DNA from: an uncultured bacterium
GTDB lineage: Bacteria > Actinomycetota > Acidimicrobiia > Spongiisociales > UBA5794
Assembly: GCA_963801165.1 (NCBI GenBank)
Contig: CAWDDT010000009.1
Span: 192,001 to 256,000, forward strand
Length of the DNA stretch: 64,000 nucleotides
Direction of reading: 5' to 3'
Shown here: positions 34,879 to 46,151 of the stretch, in pieces
How the letters are laid out: each line of letters begins with the position of its first letter
Position numbering within the stretch: the first letter of the stretch is position 1
Notes under the pieces: model-generated
What the model was told of the DNA's origin: nothing
The model's database searches: none
The model's input: only the letters and a program-made list of their open reading frames with translations
Position numbers and translations under genes: made by a program

Positions 34879-35286
34879 ATGGTGATATGGGCAATCACCC
34901 CGGGAGCCCTTGTTGTCGTCTACGACGGAGAGTGTCTGCTCTGCCGCAGATCCATGCATTGGCTCCAGGCTCGAAGCACCTATGTAGACGTTGTGCCGGT
35001 GCCGGCGGCCAGACCGGATATCGCCGCCGCACACGGTGACAAGCCGGGCTATGGCGACAACATCATGGTGATAGCCGACGACGGGCGTTTTTGGGCCGGA
35101 CCCCCCGATGCCTATCTGGTCGTCATGTGGGCGGTTCGGGGGCTGCGAGCGGCGTCGTACCTGCTCTCGCTGCCTATCCTCAAAGCGCTGACGAACCGGG
35201 TGTTCCAGTGGGTCGCCGGCAACAAATATGCGTTCAACCAGCACAGCGAAGACGTGTGCGCCAGCCGCTTTGCCGTGACGGTATAG
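34879..35286 (+). CDS. DCC1-like thiol-disulfide oxidoreductase (DUF393)
   Basis: VYDGECLLC (DxxCxxC) motif; start ambiguous (see findings). Confidence 0.75.
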   Translation: MVIWAITPGALVVVYDGECLLCRRSMHWLQARSTYVDVVPVPAARPDIAAAHGDKPGYGDNIMVIADDGRFWAGPPDAYLVVMWAVRGLRAASYLLSLPILKALTNRVFQWVAGNKYAFNQHSEDVCASRFAVTV

Positions 35287-35322
35287 GGGCTCGTGACCGA
35301 GCCCGCCTGGGAGGGTTTCTAA

Positions 35323-36069
35323 ATGAGTGACAGAGAGCGAGTTCGCGTCGAGGTCGGTGGCCGCCGTGTCCGCGTCTATCTGGCCGGCCAACTGGTTGCC
35401 GACACGAAGCGACCGCTGCTGGTCTGGGAGAAGCCCTATTACCCGGTCTACTACTTTCCCCTGGACGATGTTGTCGCCGAACTCACCCCAACCGGTGAGA
35501 GGCTGAGGTCCCCCAGCCGTGGGGAGGGCACGCTCCTCACTGTGTCGGTCCCCGGGGCCAGGGCCGATGGCGCCGCCTACCGGCATGTCGATTCACCGGT
35601 CGAGGAGGTGCGCGGCCACGTTGCGTTCCGGTGGGACGCGATGGACTCGTGGTTCGAGGAGGATGAAGAGGTCTACATCCATGCTCGCAACCCCTACACC
35701 CGGGTAGACATCCTGCAGAGCAGTCGCCATGTGCGGGTCGAGATCGATGGTGTGACCGTCGCCGAGACGTCCATGCCGCGACTGCTCTTCGAGACGAGTC
35801 TGCCGACCCGGTACTACTTCCCCAAGACCGACGTCCAGATGGATCTTCTCGAGGAGTCGGATCTGCACACCGGATGTCCTTACAAGGGCACCGCCAGCTA
35901 CTACCACCTTGTGCTCAGTGGCAAGCGCTACGACGACCTCGTCTGGTGGTACCCGTTCCCTGCCCGGGAAAGCGAGCACATCGCCGGGTACGTTGCGTTC
36001 TACAACGAGAAGGTGGACATCTACGTCGACGGCGAGCTCGAGACACGCCCGCACACGGTGTTCTCTTAG
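35323..36069 (+). CDS. Tandem DUF427 domain protein
   Basis: Two repeats (VYYFP; RYYFP...CPYKGTASY) and WFEEDEEV..H.RNPY.RVD. Confidence 0.88.
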   Translation: MSDRERVRVEVGGRRVRVYLAGQLVADTKRPLLVWEKPYYPVYYFPLDDVVAELTPTGERLRSPSRGEGTLLTVSVPGARADGAAYRHVDSPVEEVRGHVAFRWDAMDSWFEEDEEVYIHARNPYTRVDILQSSRHVRVEIDGVTVAETSMPRLLFETSLPTRYYFPKTDVQMDLLEESDLHTGCPYKGTASYYHLVLSGKRYDDLVWWYPFPARESEHIAGYVAFYNEKVDIYVDGELETRPHTVFS

Positions 36070-36105
36070 CCTGCCGACAATCTGCAACCGTGGCTTCAGG
36101 TTTAG

Positions 36106-37406
<1,301 letters not shown>

Positions 37407-37410
<4 letters not shown>

Positions 37411-39617
37411 GGCCGGCCGTCCTCGCCGGTGAGGGCATCGAGGATGTCCTCCGGTCTGATCGGGAACCGATCGAAGCGTTTCCCGATGGCGGCTGCGATC
37501 GCATTGGCAATCGCCGGGGCCATGGGCGCCAGCCCCAGCTCGGCGATCCCACGCACGCCGAGCGGGTTGGTGTCAGCGGGCGTCTCGACAAGCGTCACCG
37601 TGACCGCTCCGGTTGGTATGTCGGGCGCCGTCGGGATGATGTAGCTGGCCAACCTCGTGTTGACCGGGACCCCGTTCTCGTAGACAACGTCTTCGAAGAG
37701 GGCGAATCCGATGCCCTGCGCTACGGCACCCTCGACCTGCGAGCGAACCGCGGCGGGGTTGATGGCCCGCCCCGGATCGATGACCGCGTCTATCGAGACG
37801 AGACGGACGGCTCCCGTGAAGACATCGACGTCGAGACACACCTCGACGACGCCGACGGCGTATCCGTAGTGGAGTAGCCCGGGTTGTGGAGACCCGGCGT
37901 CCGTGTTCGGCTGGAAGCTTGCCTCGACCGTCATCGCGCCCGCGAATGCGGCCACCTCTTCGAGCGACAGCACGCGGTCACCCGCCGTCACGCCGGCGTC
38001 GGTGAGGGTGACGTCGTCGGCAGGGACATCGAGCTTCTCGGCGGCGGCGGCGCACACCAGCTCGCGTAGCTGGAGCGCGGCCGCCCGTACCGCGTTCCCT
38101 ACGATGAACGAGCTGCGGGATGCGTTGCTCGACCCGGTGTCGCTCGATCGGGAGTCACCGGAGTGCACGAGGACCGAGCCGGCGGGAACGCCAAGAGCGT
38201 CGCCGAGGAGCATGGCATACGATGTATGCACACCGGTGCCCATGTCTGGCGAGCTGACCTCGACCTCGACATCGCCCGAGTCGGTGAGCCGGGCGACGAC
38301 GGTCGCTCCCGCCTCGACGCCGATACCGAGCCCGTAGCCCTGGGTCACCATGGCCAGCCCGACACCGCGCTTGTAGCCGGGCGGTGCGTCATCCGGGCGT
38401 TCGCTCCACCCGGCGGCAACGTCGAGGACGCGTTGGGCGGAGTCGGGGTCAACCCGGAGCATCCCGCCGACCCCGGTGGAATGGCGGGACGACAGGTTGC
38501 GCCGTCGCACCTCGATCGGGTCGAGCCCGGCGGCGGTCGCGATCATGTCGAGGTGCTGCTCCAAACCGGCCAGCATTTGCGGGTTGCCGAATCCGCGGAA
38601 GGCGCTGGAGATGCCGTTGTTGGTAAACACGGCCTTCCCGTCGACGCGGACAACGGGGATCGCGTAGCCGCCTGCGGTGTGCTCGGCGGCGAGCGCGATC
38701 ACCGCAGGGCTGAGCGCGGTATAGGCGCCGGCGTCCGCCACGAACCGCACATCGAGTGCATGGATGCGCCCGTCGCTGTCGGCACCGGAGCGATAGGTCA
38801 CCCGGAACGGATGTCGTTTGTATCCGGCGATGAGCGACTCGGTACGGTCGTAGACGTAGCGGCACGGCCGGCCGGTTGCCTGCACAGCAAGGGCAAGCGG
38901 GATTTGGACGGAGGCGTCTTCCTTGCCGCCGAACGCACCACCGGATGGAGCGTTGATCACCCTGACATCGCCGGGGGCAACGCCGAGCGCCGCGGCGACC
39001 TGGCCCTGATCGACGAGCGGGTTCTGCCCGCCGGCGACTACGGTGATCCGGCCGTCCTCGAACCATGCCGCCCCGCCTTCGACCTCGAGGAAGGCGTGTT
39101 CCTGGCGTGGGGTGACGTAGGTGGTCTCGTGGACGAGAGCGCACGCGGCGAGGGCGGCTTCGACTTCTTCCGGGCCGGGCCCGAGGGTCACGGAGGCACA
39201 CAGATTGCCGCCGGCGTGCAGTGAAGGTGCGTCCGGCCCGAGGGCCGTGGCCGGGTCGGCCACGACGGGGAGCGGATCGAGCTCGACGGTCAGGGCGGCG
39301 ATCCCGGCCCGAACGGCCGGTTCGGACTCGGCAACGATCAGGGCTACCGGATCCCCGACCCGTCTGACTACCTCGTCACAGAGGATGGGCTGGTCCGCGA
39401 CCAGGATCCCATAGTGGCGGGCCGCAGGGAGGTCGGCTGCGAGCATGACGGCGATCACGCCGGGGACGGCCCGTGCCGGCCCGGCGTCGATCCTGCGGAT
39501 GACGGCATGAGGGAGCGGCGAGCGCACCAGCTTGACCCACAGCATGCCGGGACGGGCGTAGTCGGTGGGAAAGCGGTGGCTCCCCGACAGCTTGGCGGCG
39601 GCATCGATCCGGGCCAC
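37407..39617 (-). CDS. Xanthine dehydrogenase-family molybdopterin-binding subunit
   Basis: GTG start after GGAGG; QEHAFLE, GGAFGGK, AFRGFG, DMGTG, QVEG..AQG and GIAE motifs. Confidence 0.88.
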
Positions 39618-39661
39618 GGCATACCTCCGTTGTTGTCCGTCCGGTGAACCTCGCAGTATCG

Positions 39662-40600
39662 CTACTCGCGGACGAACACCTGGCCGCTGCCGGACGGGGA
39701 GGCGTTTGCCAGGAAGTTGCGCCAGCGCGGGTAGCGGTCTCCGAGGTGGTGGAACCACTCGGTGTTGATCAGCGTGATCATCAGGATCATCAACAGGAAA
39801 GGAAGCTGGGTGAGCACCTGGACCCAATCGGGGAACTGCGCCTGGAACTGACCTGCCACGTAGAGGAGACCCCGGTACAGGTAACAGGCCATGGCCACGC
39901 GGTAGGGATGCCACCCGCCGAAGATGACGAAGGCGAGCGCGATCCACCCCAGGTTGGTGGTCAGGTTCTCCCGCCATCCGGCGATCTGGTCGAGCGACAC
40001 GGCGGCTCCGGCAACGCCGACGAGAGCGCCGCCGACGATCGTGTACAGATAGCGGAGCCGGTTCACCTGGATACCACGGGCAAACGCCGCTTCGGGGCGC
40101 TCGCCGACACCCTGCAGGATCAATCCGTGTCTGGTCCGGTAGATGAACCAGTAGCAGAGGAAGATGGCAATGTAGCTTCCATACACCGACAGGTTGTGCT
40201 GGAAGAACACCTCACCGAAGAAGGGGATCTTCGAGAGCAGCGGGATATTCCACGACGGGACCTTTGGGCCGTTGACGCCGACGTACGAGTTTCCGAGGAA
40301 CAGGGCGAGTTGTCTGGCGAAGAGGAACAACACGAACCCGACCGCGATCTGGTTGAGTCGCAACTCGATGCTGGAGAACGCGACGATGGCCGCGACGGCC
40401 ACCCCTACAACAATGGCAGCGAGGAAACCCACGATCACACTGCCGGATACGTACGCCGCGGCAAAGCCGGTCATCGCGGAGAGGAGGATGCTGCCGTCGA
40501 GCGAGAGGTTGATGACGCCCGCCCTCTCAGAGAGAGTCTCCCCGATTGTGGCGTATACCAGCGGGCTGGCGGCAGCGATGATGCCTGCGAGTACTCCCAT
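39662..40600 (-). CDS. Nucleoside/purine ABC transporter permease
   Basis: GE..SERAGVINL..DG, GERPEAA and GWIALA.VIFGGW motifs. Confidence 0.88.
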   Translation of the reverse strand: MGVLAGIIAAASPLVYATIGETLSERAGVINLSLDGSILLSAMTGFAAAYVSGSVIVGFLAAIVVGVAVAAIVAFSSIELRLNQIAVGFVLFLFARQLALFLGNSYVGVNGPKVPSWNIPLLSKIPFFGEVFFQHNLSVYGSYIAIFLCYWFIYRTRHGLILQGVGERPEAAFARGIQVNRLRYLYTIVGGALVGVAGAAVSLDQIAGWRENLTTNLGWIALAFVIFGGWHPYRVAMACYLYRGLLYVAGQFQAQFPDWVQVLTQLPFLLMILMITLINTEWFHHLGDRYPRWRNFLANASPSGSGQVFVRE

Positions 40601-40601
40601 G

Positions 40602-41681
40602 TCAGTCGGGTCCTCCCCCGGATTTAGGTGCGATGAGCGATTCGATAACCGCTCCGCCACCGCGGCGCGTTCGGCGTGCTTGCCATCCGCCGACGAGCAA
40701 TATGAATAGGACCAGCATTCCCTGGATGACACCCGCAAGTGACGAGTCGATGTCGAGGCGGAGCGACAACTGGGTACTGCCGACCAGAACGGCGGAGAAG
40801 AACAGGGCGATCGGGATGGTCCATACGGTCCGGAAGCCGGCGAGCAGGACCACGAGGATGGCGAGGAAGCCATAGCCTCCGGAGACGGAGGGGACGAGCT
40901 TGTGGTGGAAGCCAAGCGCCTGGACGGTGCCGGCGATACCGGCGAGCGCACCGCAGACGGCGAACGCCGAGAGCATGAACGCGTCGGTGCGGATCCCCAT
41001 CAGGTAGGCACTCTCGCTGTTCTTGCCGACTGCCTTGAGACGCAATCCGTAGCGGGTGCCACGCATCAGCACGGCGATCATGGCCACTGCGAGGAGGGCG
41101 ACCAGGATCGCCAGCCAGGAGTAGCCGTTGGCTCCTGCAGTCGGCAGCCAATAGCGGGTGTCGAACGGGTCGGTGCCGCTGGTGGATGCGATGCCCGCCC
41201 GCGACCACGGGCCGATGATGAGGAACACGGCAATGGCTCCTGCGACGAAGTCGAGGGCAACACCGGAGAAGATCTCATGCACCCTGAACCGGGTGCGGAG
41301 GAATCCGGGGATAAGCGCCCAGATGATCCCAAACAGGGCGCCGGACACAAAGGCGAGGAAGATGACGATGGCTGCGGGCCCGGAGATGCGGCGTACTACC
41401 CAGGCGGCGCCGATGGCACCCATCACGATCTGCCCCTCGATCCCGATGTTCCACATTCCTGCCTGGAAGGTGACGATGAGACCGGCGGCGGCGAGTACCA
41501 GTGGTACCCACGTGATCAGAGTGTCAGGAATCTTGGCGGCCCTTCCCAGGGAGCCGTTCCATAGTTGGTAGAGGGCCTCGAGCGGTGGGGCACTGACGGC
41601 TATCAGGAGCAGCAATGTTGCCACCAACGCCAGCGCTATCGACAGGGCAGGCACCCGGACACGTTCTAGCCAGGCCTTCAT
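40602..41681 (-). CDS. Nucleoside/purine ABC transporter permease
   Basis: WNIGIEGQ, HEI, G.RLKAVG.N and GYGF..I.V.LLA motifs. Confidence 0.88.
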   Translation of the reverse strand: MKAWLERVRVPALSIALALVATLLLLIAVSAPPLEALYQLWNGSLGRAAKIPDTLITWVPLVLAAAGLIVTFQAGMWNIGIEGQIVMGAIGAAWVVRRISGPAAIVIFLAFVSGALFGIIWALIPGFLRTRFRVHEIFSGVALDFVAGAIAVFLIIGPWSRAGIASTSGTDPFDTRYWLPTAGANGYSWLAILVALLAVAMIAVLMRGTRYGLRLKAVGKNSESAYLMGIRTDAFMLSAFAVCGALAGIAGTVQALGFHHKLVPSVSGGYGFLAILVVLLAGFRTVWTIPIALFFSAVLVGSTQLSLRLDIDSSLAGVIQGMLVLFILLVGGWQARRTRRGGGAVIESLIAPKSGGGPD

Positions 41682-43147
41682 ACGGTCACCTTCTTGCCCC
41701 CGATCAGGTATCCGAGCTGATCAGGGGTGGTGGTTGCGGCGTCAACGACGGCGAATACGGTGCCGTTGAAGAAGACCGCGATGCGGTCGCTGTACCGCAA
41801 CAGCTCGTCGAGATCCGCAGAAGCGAAGATGATCGCGGTTCCGGAATCGCGCCGGGCGAGCAACTGAGTCCAGACCCAGTCGGCAGATTCGATGTCGAGC
41901 CCGCGGGTGGGATGCTCCATCAATAGCAGCTCGATCTCATCGGGCATCATCGCCAGCAGCAGCCGTTGCTGGTTGCCGCCGGACAGCGACTCTGCGGTGG
42001 AGTCTTTGGTTCCCTTGATGAAATGATCGGCGATGTCGCTGGTGGCGGTGTCGGCAGCATTGTCCCAGTCGACGAAGAACGACTTGCGCCCGCTTACCAG
42101 TTCGAAATGCTCGGTGATTGTCATGCCGGCAACGAGACCCTCCTCGAGCCTTCCCGCCGGCAAGTAGTGGACCCCGGAGCGGAGGAAGGTTCGGTAGCCC
42201 TTCCCGGTCAGGTCGGTCCCGTTGAGATGGATTGTTCCTTGATCCGGTCGCAGCAGCCCGGTACACGCCTGCAGGAACGTCCGCTGCCCGCTGCCCTCCA
42301 GCCCGGCGAGACCCAGAACCTCACCCTCGGCCACTTGCATGCTCAAGTCGGTGACGGTGGTGAGACGGTCGCGGACGGTCAGCTGGTCGAGGGACAAGGC
42401 GGTTGCACCGAGAGTTGCAGCGGGCCGCTCGCCCGCCACGACCACCTCACCGAACATCATCTCGACCAGACGATCGGTGGTGAACGGCGCCTTGATATGG
42501 CCGATGACCTGTCCTCTGCGCATCACAGTGACGCGGTGGCAGAGCTGCTCGATCTCTTCGAGCTTGTGCGAAACGAAGATGACGATCATTCCCTCGTCCG
42601 ACAACCGGCGCAGGATCTCAAACAGCTTTTCCCGCTGGGACGCCGAGATGCCCGTCGTCGGCTCGTCGAGGATCAGGACGCGGGCGCCCAGCCACAACAG
42701 CCGGGCGATCTCGAGTTGTTGGCGTTCCCCGACCGTCAGCGATTGTGCCAGTGCGGCCGGGTCGAACGTGAAGCCGTAACGCTCCGCCGCCGCCTGGAGA
42801 GCCTTTGCGCCCTCTTTGCGATCCAGCCGGACTTTGCCCGGCCCGCCGAGCAGAAAGTTGTCGAGGACGGTGAAGGGCAGGAACACGAGGGGATCCTGAT
42901 GCAGCATCCCGATGCCTGCCTTGATGGCATCGTCCGGTGATTTGAGGTTGAGGGTGTTGTCGTCGAGGACCACCTCGCCGGAGTCGGCCTCGATAAAGCC
43001 CGAGAGGACCTTCATCAGAGTCGATTTTCCGGCGCCGTTCTCTCCGAGCAACCCGTGGAGCTCACCCGCCTCGACGTCGATAGAGATGCCGTCATTGGCG
43101 CGTACCGCTCCGAAGTGCTTGTGGATGTCGCGAAGGGAAAGAGCCAC
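41678..43147 (-). CDS. Tandem-domain ABC ATPase (CUT2/nucleoside type)
   Basis: GENGAGKST, ILDEPT, SHKL and LSGGNQQ motifs. Confidence 0.92.
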   Translation of the reverse strand: MALSLRDIHKHFGAVRANDGISIDVEAGELHGLLGENGAGKSTLMKVLSGFIEADSGEVVLDDNTLNLKSPDDAIKAGIGMLHQDPLVFLPFTVLDNFLLGGPGKVRLDRKEGAKALQAAAERYGFTFDPAALAQSLTVGERQQLEIARLLWLGARVLILDEPTTGISASQREKLFEILRRLSDEGMIVIFVSHKLEEIEQLCHRVTVMRRGQVIGHIKAPFTTDRLVEMMFGEVVVAGERPAATLGATALSLDQLTVRDRLTTVTDLSMQVAEGEVLGLAGLEGSGQRTFLQACTGLLRPDQGTIHLNGTDLTGKGYRTFLRSGVHYLPAGRLEEGLVAGMTITEHFELVSGRKSFFVDWDNAADTATSDIADHFIKGTKDSTAESLSGGNQQRLLLAMMPDEIELLLMEHPTRGLDIESADWVWTQLLARRDSGTAIIFASADLDELLRYSDRIAVFFNGTVFAVVDAATTTPDQLGYLIGGKKVTV

Positions 43148-43170
43148 CAGACGATGCTAACCGTTAATAG

Positions 43171-43201
43171 GGGGCAGGTGCCGGAATCCGGCACCTGCCC
43201 C
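43171..43201. terminator. Intercistronic perfect 15-bp inverted repeat (mRNA stabiliser or partial terminator after the binding-protein gene)
   Basis: ggggcaggtgccgga-a-tccggcacctgcccc. Confidence 0.75.
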
Positions 43202-43238
43202 GCTCGAATGTGGTCGTGGTCGCATCGACCTACCCCTG

Positions 43239-44552
43239 CTAAGCGCTTGCGCCCTCTATCCCCTCGAGCAGCTGCTTGGTGTACCAGATCTGCACGTCGC
43301 TGGCCTGCTCACCGTCGGCCAGCCACGGCGTGCCGTCCTGGTAGTTGATCGGACCAACCCAGAGGTTGATCGACCCGTCGCCGAGACCGGAGATGAAGCT
43401 GTCGAGCGACGTCTGGGCATCGGCCGAAAGAGCGTCGCCGGAGAGCCAGCCAATATTCGACGTGTCCTGATCGTTCAGGTTGTTCCAGTCGGGTCCTGTC
43501 CAGCTGAAGCTGGGGGTGAAGGTGCCATCGATCACGGAATGGGCGACTGTCAGATAGGACGGCCCCCAAATGAAGTATGGGACACCGAGACACGCAGACG
43601 GAGCCTCTGAGCATGCGTCCTGATAATCGTAAGGAACGGCCCACACCGAATCGCCCGACTCCTGAGCCTGCCCGGCCCGCACCAGCGCTTCGGTCGTGTC
43701 AATCCCGGAGAGGACGACATCGGCGCCTCCCGCCAGGAACTCGTTGGTCACCTGAGTCGGGTCGAGGGTGAACCCGGGGATGTTGAACCAGAACCCGATC
43801 CACTTGACCTCGAACTGGAGTGTGGCCGCGTCACCACCTGCATAGTTCTCGTAGCAGTACTTTGCGCCGAGGTACGCAGAATTGACGAGACGGCGCGTCT
43901 CATCGTTGATCAGCGGACCGAGGTACGCGATGTGGCCGGTCTGGGTCGTCAGCGCCGCCGCACAGCCGGCGATCGCCTTGCCGTACTCCATCCGGCCCAT
44001 GACGTTGCCGAGATTGGTGAGTTCGGGTTTGTAGTCCTCGCCGTCCGCCCAAGCGCTGTCACCAGATGACCAGATCATCGGGGTGTCGGGGAACTGGGCG
44101 GCAGCCTCGAGGATGCCGTCCTTCATGTCGTCGGATGTCGCAAAGATGAGATTGGCGCCCTGGTCGATCATGTCGGAGACGACATCGGGGATCTTGGTCT
44201 CCGGCCGGTCGGCCGTGTTTACCTTGTCGAGAACGATCAGGTTGTCGGCGGGTAGTCCGAGCTGATCCATTACGTACAGACCTGCGTCGTAGTTGGCCTG
44301 CGACCATCCGTGATCGTTCTGCGGGCCTACCAAAATCATGCCGATCTTGAAGTCCGCAGGGGCGGGCATCATCTCGCCCCCGGCTGTCGTTGTGGTCGAC
44401 CCGCCGCTGTCGGGGGCCGCCGTTGTTGTGGTCGTCCCGTTGTCGGGGGCGGCCGTAGATGTGGTCGTATCAGTGCTATCGCCGCCGCACGCCGCCGCCA
44501 GCAAAGCAAAGACGGCCACGATCAACACCGTTTTGCGAAGATATTGAATCAT
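43239..44552 (-). CDS. BMP/PnrA-family substrate-binding lipoprotein (purine/nucleoside)
   Basis: Lipobox LAAAC, Thr-rich linker, GPQNDHGWSQA and W..FW motifs. Confidence 0.88.
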   Translation of the reverse strand: MIQYLRKTVLIVAVFALLAAACGGDSTDTTTSTAAPDNGTTTTTAAPDSGGSTTTTAGGEMMPAPADFKIGMILVGPQNDHGWSQANYDAGLYVMDQLGLPADNLIVLDKVNTADRPETKIPDVVSDMIDQGANLIFATSDDMKDGILEAAAQFPDTPMIWSSGDSAWADGEDYKPELTNLGNVMGRMEYGKAIAGCAAALTTQTGHIAYLGPLINDETRRLVNSAYLGAKYCYENYAGGDAATLQFEVKWIGFWFNIPGFTLDPTQVTNEFLAGGADVVLSGIDTTEALVRAGQAQESGDSVWAVPYDYQDACSEAPSACLGVPYFIWGPSYLTVAHSVIDGTFTPSFSWTGPDWNNLNDQDTSNIGWLSGDALSADAQTSLDSFISGLGDGSINLWVGPINYQDGTPWLADGEQASDVQIWYTKQLLEGIEGASA

Positions 44553-44694
44553 CTGTTTTCCCTTCTGATCTCCTGCATCGAGTGGAGGCCCGGCTGAGGC
44601 GACAGCGCCTGGAATACGGGGTGGCATATGCCCACCACGGGGAAGTTTCTGCCCTTGCTGCCCTTCCGGCCTATGGCGACTCCTTCTCGCGGGA

Positions 44695-44711
44695 GTTAAC
44701 GCATTGTAAAC
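44695..44711. promoter_or_regulatory. Near-palindromic operator overlapping a TACAAT -10 of the purine ABC operon; possible GlnR site
   Basis: GTTAAC-gcatt-GTAAAC carries AC-n9-AC on both strands; minus-strand TACAAT at 44703-44708. Confidence 0.4.
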
Positions 44712-45376
44712 CGGTGTTGAAAAACAGACCCATTCCTGGAGACCCCAACTGCCATCTTCTGGCTGGACCTGCCACAGGTGACGGCGCGTCGGACACCATG
44801 TCGGGTCAGCAGCGTCCGCCATGAGATCAATGTCGAATTGGTGCGGCGCCACAGGGACGGTCGACAGCGTTCATCTGAGAACCTGCGTCGGCGCGCCGAA
44901 GTCGCCGCGTGACTGCGGATCGGTGAGGTGCGTGGCGAGGTGTTTGGGTGGGTCGGTTCGGCCGAGATCGGTGGTCCCGAGTTGGGCGGGGACGTAGGTG
45001 AAGGCCCACCGCGGTGGGTCGGATCCGTCGCCGGGTGCGATGAGTCTTCGACAGCCGGGCGGGTCGCTGGTACGTGCCCGCGGTCCGAGCTATGCCTCCG
45101 CCCGAGGAGCCTTCGCCCGAACGGGCATTCACCAGCAAATGGGGCTGTGGCGCATGGTGGTGGGGGCGTCTCGTCGGTTGTTTGGCGTGGTCTCCGCGGA
45201 GTTCAGGTCGGCCAAAGCCCGCGCCAATCAGTTGTGTCGGTCTATTCGAGGAAGTCGACGAGTATCAGGGCTGTGCCGGGCCGTTCCCGCAAGGTGCGCT
45301 CGCCGAGCGGTTCGGACAACTCTCCAGCCGGTGTTTTGGTCATGGTTGTGGCAGTAGTCAGGTTATCGTTAGCCAC

Positions 45377-45874
45377 GTGACTCCGGCGACGATTGAGACC
45401 CTCTTCGGCTACAGCTACTGGGCAACTGGCCAGATACTCGCCGCTGCACAAGGCGTCTCTGACGAGGTGTTTCAGGCTCCCGCTGAGTTCAGCTACCGCG
45501 GCCTGCGCGGCACCCTGGTCCACGCCCTCGACGTAGAACGGGGTTGGCGGCTGCGAATCCAGGGCCAACCGGCCGAGGTCTATGACGCTGAGCTCCCCGA
45601 AGAGGAGTTCCCCGATGTCGCCTCCCTCGCCAGAGCATGGGCTGAGGAGGAGACCGCGATGAGAGCGTGGCTGGCGACGCTCGACGACGGAATTCTCGAT
45701 GCGACAATCGACCTGGGCCCGAGAGATCGGTTTCCTCTGGCTACCTTCCTGCTCCACATTGTCACCCACACAGCCCAGCAAAGACGCGACGCCGCTCTCA
45801 TCCTCGAGCGGGCGGGTTGCTCACCGGGCGAGATCGACTTTCTCTACTACGCGGATTCCTTGAACGCCACGTAA
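45377..45874 (+). CDS. DinB/YfiT family protein
   Basis: LF.Y..WAT, LRGTLVH....E..W and LLHIVTH...R motifs; TATCGT lies 7 nt upstream of the GTG. Confidence 0.8.
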   Translation: MTPATIETLFGYSYWATGQILAAAQGVSDEVFQAPAEFSYRGLRGTLVHALDVERGWRLRIQGQPAEVYDAELPEEEFPDVASLARAWAEEETAMRAWLATLDDGILDATIDLGPRDRFPLATFLLHIVTHTAQQRRDAALILERAGCSPGEIDFLYYADSLNAT

Positions 45875-45995
45875 GACGGGCGCATCACCTCGGCGGAGGC
45901 TCACCGCCGTCCGCCGCTACCTCTTCTTTGCCCACCGCAGCGAGATCCGACGCTCCCCACCTCGACGACCAGACTACCCATGCGCGTCAAAACGG

Positions 45996-46062
45996 TTGGG
46001 CTGGGGACATATCGGGTTCGACGCGCACAACCCAGCTCGTGTGGCACGGTTCTGGGCCGACC
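45996..46062 (+). pseudogene. Remnant of a VOC/glyoxalase-like gene N-terminus
   Basis: HIGFDAHNPARVARFWA resembles the actinobacterial VOC start (I.FD..DP..LA.FWA); similarity stops right after it. Confidence 0.45.
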
Positions 46063-46151
46063 AGCGCCAGCCCCGCCGACCAGCAGCAGACGGTGGCGAC
46101 GGCACTGGATCTCGGCGTGTGATGTCAACCGGGAGACCACGGCCGCCCGCC

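Noticed and set aside
44652-44676. Bona fide SRP RNA (ffs) gene or canonical purine riboswitch
   Set aside because: Core spacing is asymmetric, no long enclosing helix is visible, and no purine-riboswitch consensus was found; kept only as a weak leader observation.
45242-45300. Isochorismatase-like N-terminal remnant on the minus strand (RPGTALILVDF then stop)
   Set aside because: Only about 11 residues of resemblance; could be chance.
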